A DNA stretch of 56,920 nt, filler included, from Sphacelaria rigidula (lineage: Eukaryota), in assembly GCA_964200075.2 (NCBI GenBank). It is 8 parts of 8 records of this genome, joined end to end, with 100 filler letters (N's around TTAATTAATTAA, not from the genome) between each part and the next. Parts side by side here need not be neighbours in the genome. Positions count along the whole stretch, not along the records: positions 35,640 to 42,666 come from CAXNAA020016884.1; positions 42,767 to 49,793 come from CAXNAA020016885.1; 6 more parts are not named here. One strand, 5' to 3'. Position numbers and translations under genes: made by a program. The notes under the pieces are model-generated. The model saw only the letters and a list, made by a program, of their open reading frames with translations. It was not told where the DNA came from and made no database searches. The stretch's first letter is position 1. Each line of letters opens with the position of its first letter. Below, piece after piece: positions 35,640-46,908 of the stretch.

Positions 35640-38600
35640 CTCCGAGGATGCCACACAGGTAAATGCCTTGTTTTGCGCAAGAGCTCATGGCAATCAGCTC
35701 CGCTTCGGTGGTAGATTGGGCTGAGATTTTCTGAACGCTAGCCGAGAAGTGTATGATACCCCCAGCAAGGAAGTAGATGCTCCCCGATGTAGACCTAGCC
35801 TTCTCCGGGTTGCCCGTACCGTAAGAGGCGTCACAGAACCCAGTGAGCTCGAAGCTGCTGTTCCGGCCGTAGGTGATGCGAATGTCAGGGGTGCCGCGCA
35901 GGTATCGCAGAATGCGGTTCACGGCCCCCATGTGTACTGAGGTTGGCTTGCTCATGAACCGTGCCGCCTGTGACACTGCGAAGCAGATGTCCACGCGGGT
36001 ACACTGGCACAGGGAGATGAGGGATCCCACGATGTTCTGGTAGTCGAGAGTATCATCCTTGTCGAGCGGTACGCTGCCTCCGGGCTCCGCGGTCAGCTCG
36101 TTGCCGATTCCAGGTGTGTGTACTGCGTTGCAGTCGGACATGCCGCACTTTTGCAGTAGCGACATTACGTAGGGCCCTTGGCTGATGCCGGTGGTGCCTA
36201 GCTGCTTGTCCTGGATGACGTCGATCCCCAAGAGTTTAGTGGCGTCGCCAAAATCCGTCATAGAAAACTTGTCCATGAGTGCTTTCCGGAGTTTAGCCAC
36301 GATTGCTGAGTTGGGTCCCGTGATGAGGAGGTCGTCCACGTACAGAGTGAGCATAATGTAGTCGTCTCCGCTGCCCTTGACGTATACGCACGCGTCGCTC
36401 ACGGTCGGTTCGAAGCCGAGTGCTCGCAGATCGCCGTCGATGGTGCTGTTCCATGCTTTTAGTGACTGCCGCAGCCCGTAGATGTACTTGTGCAGCTTCA
36501 TGATGAACGGTCGCCCCCGCGAGTTCTTCTTTTCGAATCCCGGCGCCTGCCGCATGTAGACTTCTTCCTCAAGCTTCCCGTTGAGAAATACTTTTGAAAC
36601 GTCCATGGCTGAGACGCTCCATCCGTTGGCAGCGGCGATGGCAAGAAGGAGGCGTTGACTCTCGATCCGGCAGACCGACGCAAACGTGCTGCCGCAGTCT
36701 ATGCTGTGCCTCTGCGACCAGCCCGTTCCGACGACTCTGCCTTTGAGTCGCCCATCCGTTTTTACCTTGAACACCCAGCGTGAGCCGATGATGTTATGGC
36801 CTGGAGGAACTGCTTCCGGAGGGACTAACTCGAAAACCTGGAGGTGGATAAGGCTCTGGTGCTCCTTCCGGGCGGCCGTCAGCCATTCCGCAGAATGAGG
36901 TGAGGCCATTGCCTCCTTGAAAGTGTTGGGTACAGAGATGGCCCCTGGAGTAGTGACCTTGTGTAGCCCCACAACGCCGATGTAGTGACTCACTTGTTGC
37001 ATAAGCGAGTACGACTCTTGGCGTGCAGCGAAGTCCACGGCAAGCGCCAGCTGGCGTAGCGCCCGCGCTTGGTTCAGGCCGGAGGGAGAAAAATTACTTG
37101 TGGCGGTAGCCGCGGGTTTCGGAGATGAGGATGTTGCCGATCGTAGTTGCCACGTAGAGCCGAGCGGTGAATTATTCTAGTCGTCTGCTGCGTCCAAATT
37201 GCTGATGCCATTGAAAAAGCGGTCGCTGGTGTTGTCGTTGATGATGTCGATACTGTCATCGGCACTACTGCTGCCCAGCGCGAAGTCCTCATAAATTGGG
37301 TCGTCGCTGTAATCTTGCCCCCGGGCGCCGGTTGTGGTGCGAACAGCGACCGGCGGCGTCTCTATGAAAGTGACGTTGCGGGTGGCGGTCGTAGATTCGG
37401 TAGGTAGGCTTGTCGTTGTCGTAGCCGATGAGAACTCCTTCGCGCGCCCTAGGATCTAGCTTGCGTAGATGCCCCTCATGGTGGACGAAGACGCGCGCCC
37501 CGATGGTGCGCAGGAAGGATAAATCGGCGTGCTTGCCGAACATACGGTAGCAGGGGGTGTTTCCGCCGATAGTCTTGTTCGGCAGGCGGTTCAGGAGAAA
37601 AACCGCAGTGGCCGCCATTTCCCCCCAGAGGGACTTTAGGAGGGCTGCGCCGTTGAGAAGGCACCGGGCCACGTCCATGATTGTGCGCCCGTCGCGCTCG
37701 TTGAGGCCGTTTTTCTCCGGCGTATTGGGCGAGATGAACTGTTGGACGATCGCGGTGGTCTCGCAGTACTCGCGGTAGTAGGCGGCGATAAACACGCCAC
37801 CACCGTCGACCCGTAGGTGCTGAATTCGGAGTCCCAGCGGCATAGCCAAGTCTTGCACAAATTTAACGAGCGTTGTGAGTGCTTTGTCCTTGGTGGAAAT
37901 GAAGTAGACGGCTTTGAAGTTGCTGTAGTGGTCGGAGTACTTGGACATGTACCTGAAATTCTCACGCGCCGGGGGCGTCACGGGTCCCAGTAGGTCCGTG
38001 CTGACCAATTGCAGCCTTTCGGAGATGACGGTTGGAGCCGCCTTGTTCCGAATCGGCTGTCTGACGCCCTTGTTGATTTGGCAGACCTCGCACGAGGTCA
38101 GCGAGCCGGTAAACTGAACACCCGTCTCGGCGATGTCCCGCGCCGCCTGCATAGTGCGCTCGTTGGGATGTCCAAGGCGCTGGTGCCACGTGTTTGCCCC
38201 CGCCGCCGGCATGGCGGTAGCCGGTTGAACCGGCAAAGGGGTAGTTGAAGTGGCCGGCAACCCCGGCGTGGCCGTCAGAGCCGGCGGTGTTGCTGTGGAA
38301 GCTGTAGGTGCCGCTGTGGCCCCGCTACGAATTAGACGTGAGGCCATTGCTCTTCCGATCGGAAGAGTATGTCCAGAGATGACTCTAGTTGGAAAGGCTG
38401 CCTCCGCACGGGTCTTGATGGTAGGGGCTAGCTTGAGATCGACATAATCGATAGTGGGGCAGTCGATGTCCTTTCGAAGTGGAATCTTGAACGGTCCGAC
38501 GTCCAAGTACGACTGCTTGGCGACAACCGTGTTAACCCCCTTGAGTGCTGCCGTACCTCCCGAAAACAGGTGACGCCCTAGCCCCGGCACGTTTATGGCC

Positions 38601-40449
38601 GGCAGGTAGATGGGTGGGCCGTGCTGCGGTCGTCGATGGCGCTCAGGGTGAGAGTGCCCATGCTGACTCCGGCGAGAGTGTTGTTGCCGGCGACGACGAT
38701 CGTCACCGGCGGATCGAGCTGGACGAAGTCGGACATGCTCGATTCGATGTCCTTGGTAAGGTGGCTGTCAACGAAGTGTGACGAAGCTCCGCAGTCCGAC
38801 ATCATGGTTAACTGGACTGGGTCTGGCTTAGGAGAGCCGGCTGCCAGGAAAGAGTAGCCAATGCCGGACGGGGGGGCGGTAGATAGGTTGTTATATGTTG
38901 TAGTCGTCGCTTACGGCGCGGGTGTAGCCGCTGCCGCTGGAGGTGGAGCCGGAGGTGGAGCTGTTGCTGTAGTCGTAGAGTCCACGGTGACAGCCGTGTT
39001 GGCCTGTCCTGAGGTCGATCCTCCGCCACCCCGGCGTCCGATCTTGTTGCTGCAGTTCCGGCCTCCGCCGCCGCCGTTGTTGTTGTTGTTGTTGTTGTTG
39101 TTGTTATCATTCCGGCCTCCGCCGCCGTCGCAGCTGCCGCCGTTGCGACCGGCTCCGTCGGTCCCGTTGGAGCCGCCGTTCCTTTGTCGTTGCTACTTCA
39201 TGCAGTCGGCGTTGTCGTGGAGATGCGTTTTGTGGTAGCTGCACCACCAGTTGCTTCTCCGGCCAGATGTGGATGACGAGCCAGCGTCGCGATTGCGTTG
39301 CAGGATGAAACAGGACGATTTGTTGTGTCCAGGCTTGGTGCAGTAATCGCACGTGCCCCGAAACCATGCAGTCGCAGTCATAGCGGACTCGCGCCCTTTT
39401 GTACGCGATGGCGCTGACGATTCGCCGCGCGCCAAACGATCGGCGAACATGTTCCGAGCAGTGGTCTCGATCTCTTCGAGCGTCATCTCGGGGTCCCTCT
39501 CCGCCGCAAAGCGAAGTGTCTCGTATTCACCAGTCAGGCCCTCGAGAATGGGGTCCTGCATGCGGGCGTCCGATACGGGCTCGTTGATCTGTTCGAGCTC
39601 GTCCCGCTTTTGATGCATGGCCAGGATGTACTCGTCCGGGTCTTGATTGGGCACCATAAGATGTTGCTGGAGACCCCGCATCAAAATGCGCCGTCTTTGT
39701 GACGAAGAATTGAAGTATTTCTTGTTCAAAGCAATCCACGCAGCTTGGCCGTTCGGCTTTTGGCCCTCGCGCGCGGCAAGGCTACTGACCAAGCTGTTGG
39801 CCGCTCCCTTGGTGGACAGCAGGAGGACGCTGAAGATCTGCCTGTTGTAGCCATCCCAAGCGTCCAAATCTGTTTGGTTGCTGATCGTCGTATCGGCGAA
39901 CAGGTCGTCGGTAGGGACTGTTGACGCGGGAATTTCCGCGGAGCGCCCGCCGGGCAGGCCGTCTTCAGCTTCGCTGGCCTCGGTTCCTCCGGTCCTCCCG
40001 GAGTCAGCCCTGGCGCCAGTGTCGCCCCCTGAGTCTCTCGTTCTGCTGGTTGAGACGACTGGGGTGATCGCAGTCCTCTGCAGAGTCCTGCGCTCGTAGG
40101 TGACGGCGGGTCGAGGCTTGCCGTCCAGAATCCGAGAAATTTCGGGATGAAGAAGGTCAGCCGTTGCGCGGAGTGTCCTCCGCCACGGCACAAAGTGATG
40201 GCCATCAAACTTGCTGATACTCTTGATGAGTTGACCAGCCGCCGAAGTGGACTCTCCCATGATAGGCACTGGCGGCTGAACTACAAGTAGTCGAAGATGG
40301 AGATGATATCTCGTTGAAATTATTCTAGACGAAAATCTTCGGAGCATTGCGGTGATCCTCGGAGGTGCTCCCTCGGAGGATGCGGCTTGAAGTGACGGAC
40401 CTAGAAGAACGTCGATGCGGTGTGCTGATCACGATCGAGGCTCATAACC
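35640..40449 (-). mobile_element. Ty1/Copia element copy 1, internal region (gag, protease, integrase, RT, RNase H), several frameshifts, cut by contig end
   Basis: gag 39193-40260 with zinc knuckle CDYCTKPGHNKSSC; protease SDCGASSH (38593-38805); WHQRLGH...CEVC and integrase STDLLGP/RVDGGG/NGLNER (37289-38590); RT YVDD and RNase H FCDAS, STTEAE (35640-37038). Domain order is Copia. Confidence 0.95.
40438..40449 (-). promoter_or_regulatory. Primer-binding site GGTTATGAGCCT, complementary to the tRNA-Met anticodon arm
   Basis: Directly after the LTR-terminal CA; complement GGCTCATAACC contains the CAT anticodon loop. Confidence 0.8.
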
Positions 40450-40904
40450 TGAAAGAACGAGGTAGTTCTTGATGTGGCGTGATATCTCAAGGAGATGCAC
40501 AGAGCCAGCACGAAGTGGCGGTAAAGCACACTTGCTTGTCGAAAAGACTGATGTTGGAAATTGGCGCTTATGTGGCCGAGAATCTCAGTGAAGAGAGTGA
40601 AGAAGAAAAAGAGAGTGAGAGGGTGTGGGGGCAACCCACAAGTACCCTCGGATCAATGCGCTACGCCTAAGTTCTTACTTATGAGAATATTCTTACTTAT
40701 GAGAATCCTACGACTAACCCGACAGAACTCTAGAACAAAGTAATGAGAATCCTAGAACTTTACATCAGCCCGACAGAGACGGAAGCTCCACTACCAATCT
40801 TAGAACAGTTGCAGTCCTCTGAGGATGCGGAAGTTGTACTGCTATTTACCCGATATGAGCGACTATCGAAATAAGAGATCAATAACAAATATGTTGTTCT
40901 AACA
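40450..40904 (-). repeat. Copia LTR (455 bp) shared by two tandem copies
   Basis: Minus strand TGTTAGAAC...GTTCTTTCA; preceded by PPT-like GCGGGGGCG (40905-40913) and followed by the PBS. Confidence 0.85.
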
Positions 40905-42666
40905 CGCCCCCGCGATGGAAGCCTATTTCGATGAATGCTACGAAGTGCGCCACCGTGATGGAAGCTTTCTACAGAGAAGGTTGAACAGGCACGCTGACAA
41001 ATATAATTACCGATGTCCTGACCGTCCGAAGAAAAGAAGGAAAGGCGAAGCAGAAACAAAGTATGCTCATAATGCAGCCGTCATTACGCTACATACACAA
41101 AAAGGAAACCGTTGATACAGTCCGCTAAGTAAGTAGTCCAAGCTAAACCATCCTGGTAATCCAGGAAAAGCAAACAAAAAAGTAGAACCGCGAAGAAAAG
41201 CTGTGGAATTCCTCAAACTGAAAAGTGGTGACGTGGTAGCTTGCCCTGCTGGAGGTCCGGTCCCCTGAGGATGGCCGCAAGTATCTCCGTGAAGAGGGGC
41301 CTAGGCAGGAACTTGGTGAGGATGTCGCTGAGCTGACCCTTCGTGGAGACGTGGTCGATGATAATCTTGTCATCGGTGATCCAATCGCGAAGGCCGGCGA
41401 ACCTGATCGCGAGGTGTTTGCTCCTGCTGCTGTACGAGCCTTGTCCCGCGAGTAGCGGGGCGCCCTTGTTGTCGCAAAATATGCGGGCGCTGCGAAAGGT
41501 CCTCCATCCGAGCTCTCCGGGGATGCCACACAGGTAAATGCCTAGTTTTGCGCAAGAGTTCATGGCAATCAGCTCTGCTTCGGTGGTAGACTGGGCTGAG
41601 CTTTTCTGAACGCTAGCCGAGAAGTGTATGACGCCCCCCGCAAGGAAGTAGATGCTCCCCGATGTAGACCTAGCCTGCTCCGGGTCGCCCGTGCCGTAAG
41701 AGGCGTCACAGAACCCAGTGATCTCGAAGCTGCTGTTCCGGCTGTGGGTGATGCGAATGTCAGGGGTGCCGCGCAGGTATCGCAGAATACGTTTCACGGC
41801 CCCCATGTGTACTGAGGTTGGCTTGCATCGTGCCGCCTGTGAGACTTCGAAGCAGATGTCCACGCGGGTACACTGGCACAGGAAGATGAGGGACCCCACG
41901 ATGCTCTGGTAGTCGAGAGTGTCATCCTTGTCGAGCGGTACGCTGCCTTCGGGCTCCGCGGTCAGCTCGTTGTCGATTCCAGGTGTGTGTACTGCGTTGC
42001 AGTCGGACATGCCGCACTTTTGCAGTAGCGACATTACGTGGGTCCCTTGGCTGATGCTGATGGTGCCTAGCTGCTTGTCGTTGATGATGTCGATACTGTC
42101 ATCGGTACTGTTGCTGTCCAGCGCGAATTCCTCATAAATTGGGTCGTCGCTGTGATCTTGCCCCCGGGCGCCGGTTTTGGTGTGAACAGCGACCGGCGGC
42201 GTCTCTATGAAAGTGACGTTGCGGGTGCTGATGACCTGCTCTGTGTGGCGGTCGTAGATTCGTTAGGTAGGCTTGTCGTTGTCGTGGCCGATGAAAAATC
42301 CTTCGCGCGCCCTAGGATCTAGCTTGCGTAGATGCCCCTCAAGGTGGACGAAGGCGCGCGCCCCGATGGTGCGCAGGAGGGATAGATCGGCGTGCTTGCC
42401 GAACATCCTGTAGCAGGGGATGTTTCCGCCGGTAGTCTTGTCTGGCAGGCGGTTCAGGAGAAAAACCGCAGTGGCCGCCATTTCCCCCCAGAGGGACTTT
42501 GGGAGGGCTGCGCCGTTGAGAAGGCACCGGGCCACGTCCATGATTGTGCGCCCGTCGCGCTCGCTGAGGCCGTTTTGCTCCGGCGTATTGGGCGAGCTGA
42601 ACTGTTGGACGATCGCGGTGGTCTTGCAGTACTCGCGGTAGTAGCCGGCGATAAACTCGCCACCAC
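40905..42666 (-). mobile_element. Ty1/Copia copy 2, internally deleted (integrase end fused to RT C-terminus and RNase H)
   Basis: 41514-42079 nearly identical to 35640-36210; 42075-42666 nearly identical to 37232-37803; RNase H end SKHLAIRF...QLSDILTK. Confidence 0.93.
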
Positions 42667-42766
42667 NNNNNNNNNNNNNNNNNNNNNNNNNNNNNNNNNN
42701 NNNNNNNNNNTTAATTAATTAANNNNNNNNNNNNNNNNNNNNNNNNNNNNNNNNNNNNNNNNNNNN

Positions 42767-43460
42767 TGTCTAGTAATTCCTACACCTGAGGGAGATAGCG
42801 CCAATTGTGAAATCTCTATGAAACTCCCGATCGATGCATTTAGCGGCTGGCGACAATTTTTGGTGTGGAGAACCACGAAAGAGTGCCGAAAAAAAAAATA
42901 GGCCTTCACTTTTTTTTTTCATAGAGGTCAGGTCGTTCTCGTGGAGAAATGGTCGTTACCATAGTAGAACGCCCTAAACCAGTGAAAAAAATGAAGAAAA
43001 GTGACCTGACCCACTCTGTTTTGTTAATCATGCTTTAGAGAGCGCCCACCCAAAATTTTAAGACACCAAAACCAAACATGGGCCGGTGAGTGGCCAGCGA
43101 AATACTGCTCCGAATTTCTACCGACCCGGATTTTTGAAGGCCCACGCTCCCGCCAATATTTAGAGTTGGACCCTGAAATTTGGTATAGACAATGCGTAGG
43201 GCATGAAAAAAAAATTACATCGGCACCAAAAGTTTTATTTTTATTTTTTCATGAGTTAGGCGCAATAATCAGTTTTCAGGTATCAGTAAAATGCCCTCAA
43301 GTCATAAAAAATTACATCGGCACCAATATGTAATATGTATATATATATCTTCGTGCCCTCTGCGTTGTCCATACCAAATTTCAGGATCCAACTCTAAATA
43401 TTGGCGGGAGCATGGGCCTGCAGACTTCAAATCCGCCTCTAGGCTGGCCCAGCTCGTATC
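42767..43460. mobile_element. Non-autonomous TIR element with a long internal hairpin (copy 1, shorter derivative)
   Basis: Aligns with 50055-50150 and 51045-51590; inverted arms ~43138-43220 / 43329-43420; ends AGGCTGGCCCAGCTCGTATC. Confidence 0.7.
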
Positions 43461-44559
43461 AAAATTGCGTTTTTTTGGCCTCCTTTGATGTGGACATGAA
43501 AAGTAAGCATCAGTTAATCGAGTTTGGCCGCGAAACTTTGTGGGGCTCTTCCTTGGATTTCGCGGCGACAGGGCGTTTGCGGGAAAAATGAAAAAAAAGT
43601 CGCAGTGCCGGTTTTCCGGGGTCCCATAATGAAGACGACTTCGAATAAACGACTTGGATCCCGTCGGACCCCCGAAAACGGTAGAAATTCTAGAAATAGA
43701 ACAACCTCGTCGATCGAAACTTTCGTAATGACCCATGGCACATCTATGCAAAGGTCTAACTCCTAATAACTGCGTGAAAGCTTGCGCGTTTGTGCGAGGA
43801 CGTGAGCTTGAAACGTGCAAACTCCTAACTACTTGGTTTTAGTATGAAAACGTTTTGGTGTGAATTTTACGTCAAGGCAAGAAAAACTGTATGAGATTTT
43901 CGAGTTTCTCGACCGAAATGTGTACGTGTTTTCCTTGGACTATCCAGGGACGCATCATACTATACTTTTTTTTTTCTCTAGGCATTCTGTACTGCCTTCC
44001 GGGGGTCTTTATACTGGGAACCCCGAAAGCCGGTAGAGAACGGAGAAGCTTTGAAATTTTGCCAAAGATATAATTTTCCATTTGGAGCATCAATACTTAC
44101 GGAACTGCCAAGTTTGAGGATGATATGAGCTTTTCTACATGAGGGAAATCGTCACAAGGCTCTCCCTGGGTCTTTCGTACGTATTATGAGGGGAAATTAG
44201 ACGACGCCAAAACTCCACGTCACCGAAACATAACGGTTTTGGGCACAAATCTTCCCCGTTGAAACCCTTTTCAAATATGTTCCTCCCGTTAGATTCTTGA
44301 GTTGAACTTCGGTGGAAATTGGGCTTGGAATTCGTGTTTTCAATTTCAGAACAATTTGAAAGGCGCTGATTGGTCGAGACACATTTTTATCCATAGCGCC
44401 ACCACTATAGCCTTGAACAGAAATCCGACTATGTCACCCTCTTCGTCTGTTCATTGCGGTCAGTATGATACCATGTATGCGATTATTGGGTGCGTATTAC
44501 GGAAGTCATTTGCTGATGACAGAATTTCGGGTCTTTTGCGTGAACCAGCCCGTGCTTTT

Positions 44560-44850
44560 GGAGACAGCCACGGGTTAAATACTGCATCATGGGTGTCTCA
44601 CTACATAAACGCTACGTATAGTCGTGAAATAATCCCCTTCGCACATAATTCAGGTTCTCCATTTCTCACGATGTGATCTAGCTCGACCACCACCATGGTT
44701 ACCGCAAAAAAAAACAAGCAAGAGGAAAAAACGATTACCCGGTTGCCTAGTTTGTGCAGCGAGTGGCGAGCGTTACAGTGCCGTTGCCAACCGACGCCAA
44801 CCCTGAAAGAGGGGGTGAGCAGGGGGGTTGAGGGGGGGGTGTACTCATGA
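44560..44850 (-). repeat. Family B 5' part plus a tiny family B tail, in a G-run cluster
   Basis: Reverse complement matches 8173-8370; GTACTCATGA next to a G-run at 44832-44850. Confidence 0.7.
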
Positions 44851-46257
44851 TAGCAGTGGGGCGGAGGGGGGAGCGTACAAATAATATGATGAATATAAAG
44901 GAAACGAATGAATGAATAAAGACTCGTATAGCAAAGGGAACGGAACGGAGCAAAAGAGACAAACAAATGAAGCGACAGAAGGCGACAGACTACCAACGGT
45001 TCCGATATGCACGACAGACCCCCGAATTTTAACGCCTTGCTGAGGAGAATAGGCAAAATAGACTAAATCCCCCCGTGGTTTCCAAGGACAAAATGGGATG
45101 GCGCACTTTCGGAATCGATTGCTCATGAAGGGGGTATGTGTATGAACAAATTTCAGGGGTACCACATGGCTTTTGAGCGTAAATGGCGGTGTACCCCGTG
45201 GGTTTGTTGGCAAAATGGGACTCTCGAACAACCTCACGTTTCCCACGCCCCAGTCTACTCTTGGGTATAGAGCTGAGGCGCTGGAACGTGTTTTGGAGCT
45301 TCCCAGCCGGAGTGCAACGCTGCACCTGGCACCGAAAAGTGCGCTGCCTCATTTTGTCCCTGAAACGAGGGGGTTATTCCCCGTTTTCTCTTTCCCCCCC
45401 TCATCACGTGTAGTGACGGTACTGCTTTGGGCGTCATACCTTAAACCGTTTTTGCATCCACGGATATATGTGTAGAGCGTTCGAGTACAAGAACTTGTGT
45501 GCGAAGACTAGAGTGTCTGTAACTTCGAAGTATTATTGATTTATGTATTTATGTATGTATTTATTTCATTATTTCATTATTTCATTTGTTTTATTTATTC
45601 ATTCATTCGTTCATTCATCCATGGTATTCCTACCTTGTACCTCCTCGACTAGTAGTCTTGTGGTGTGTTCAATACCGAGCGGGGTTGCTCTGCAGCAAAG
45701 AGCTGTTTTTGTTGTTTTTTCTCTGCCTCATGTTGCAGGTTTTTGTGGGTGCAGCATATGCGACAGACCATGGCTTTGGCGTCCGGCCAGGCCAGGCGTG
45801 GTTCCAAAGCGGTGAGGGAAGACATATCCGCTTTAATACATGTAAACATTCTTCTGAATACTGAGGGGTGTTATTTGGCGTGACCAACAAAATTCGGGCC
45901 GCATTGGCGAATTCCACGGCTCCGTAGCCGGTAGGGTCTCGTCCCCTAAGCGTATATTGCACGATGTAATGGTCATCATTGAGGTGTGTCCCTCGTTCGC
46001 GGCGAAGTTACCAACCACGTTTTGAATGCATGCGCTGTATGTTGTAGCTTCTGGACTTGAGCTGCTGATACGGCAGACGAAGTAACACTCGCATGCATCA
46101 CGTAAATAAAGTTCCGAGACGAAGCACAAGAGCAGCCAGCAATGCTATACTGTCCTCCCTACGTGGAAACGAGCAAACCAATTGGCACATGTGTGCGTAA
46201 CTGTACCTTGCTCTGGTCCCCACACCCGTCACCGCCCTAAACTTGACCCTAACCGTT

Positions 46258-46557
46258 GCACACCGGTGGTGTCATCTCCCAAGTGACACGTGAGGATGGA
46301 AAGAACGCGGGTTCGATTCCCCGCAAGGTGCGTTTGGATTTTTTGTGAACGCATCTGATTTCTGCCGTTTGAAGCGTGAGGACGTGACTGGGGTCGTTTG
46401 ACGAGAGTTGACGCGGTGCGGGAGTGTTGGTCATGATCCAATCCGCGAGACGAAAGTGTAAGGCGTTTGTCCGGGGAGAGATGCGTTGGTTGGTCCCGTG
46501 AGACAACGGATTCATCCCGAGGAAGGGGAGGCTTTGGAACTGTGACGAGAAAAAAAG
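46258..46557 (+). mobile_element. Diverged tRNA-SINE subfamily member
   Basis: B box GGTTCGATTCC; core GAGTTGACGCGGTGCGGGAGTG and tail TCATCCCGAGGAAG..A-run shared with 30794-31090. Confidence 0.8.
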
Positions 46558-46825
46558 CGAAAGCGCAGGTTTGATCCGGTCACTTCATCGGGGTTTTGGT
46601 AGGCACAAGAGACGTGAAGAGAGCCCGGATCCAGGATCCAAGGTACCGGCTTGTCTGTGTCTGAGGCGGATAAAAAATGGTGGTTATGGCTCGTGTGATG
46701 AATTCCATTGTCCACGCGTGCGATCCACGTGGCATGAAATATTTGTTGTGTTGTCAGCTCGCTACCCAGGGGTTATCAAGTATAGTAGTTTTCATCTGAA
46801 ATAGGAGGTGTTGGTATCTTTTTCG

Positions 46826-46828
46826 TGC

Positions 46829-46875
<47 letters not shown>

Positions 46876-46908
46876 GTCGTCCTATCTATCCTGGACGCCG
46901 GTCTACAC
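46826..46908 (-). repeat. (CA)n-tailed SINE 3' end
   Basis: Reverse complement GTAGACCGGCGTCCAGGATAGATAGGACGACAA(CA)n matches 976-1128. Confidence 0.85.
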
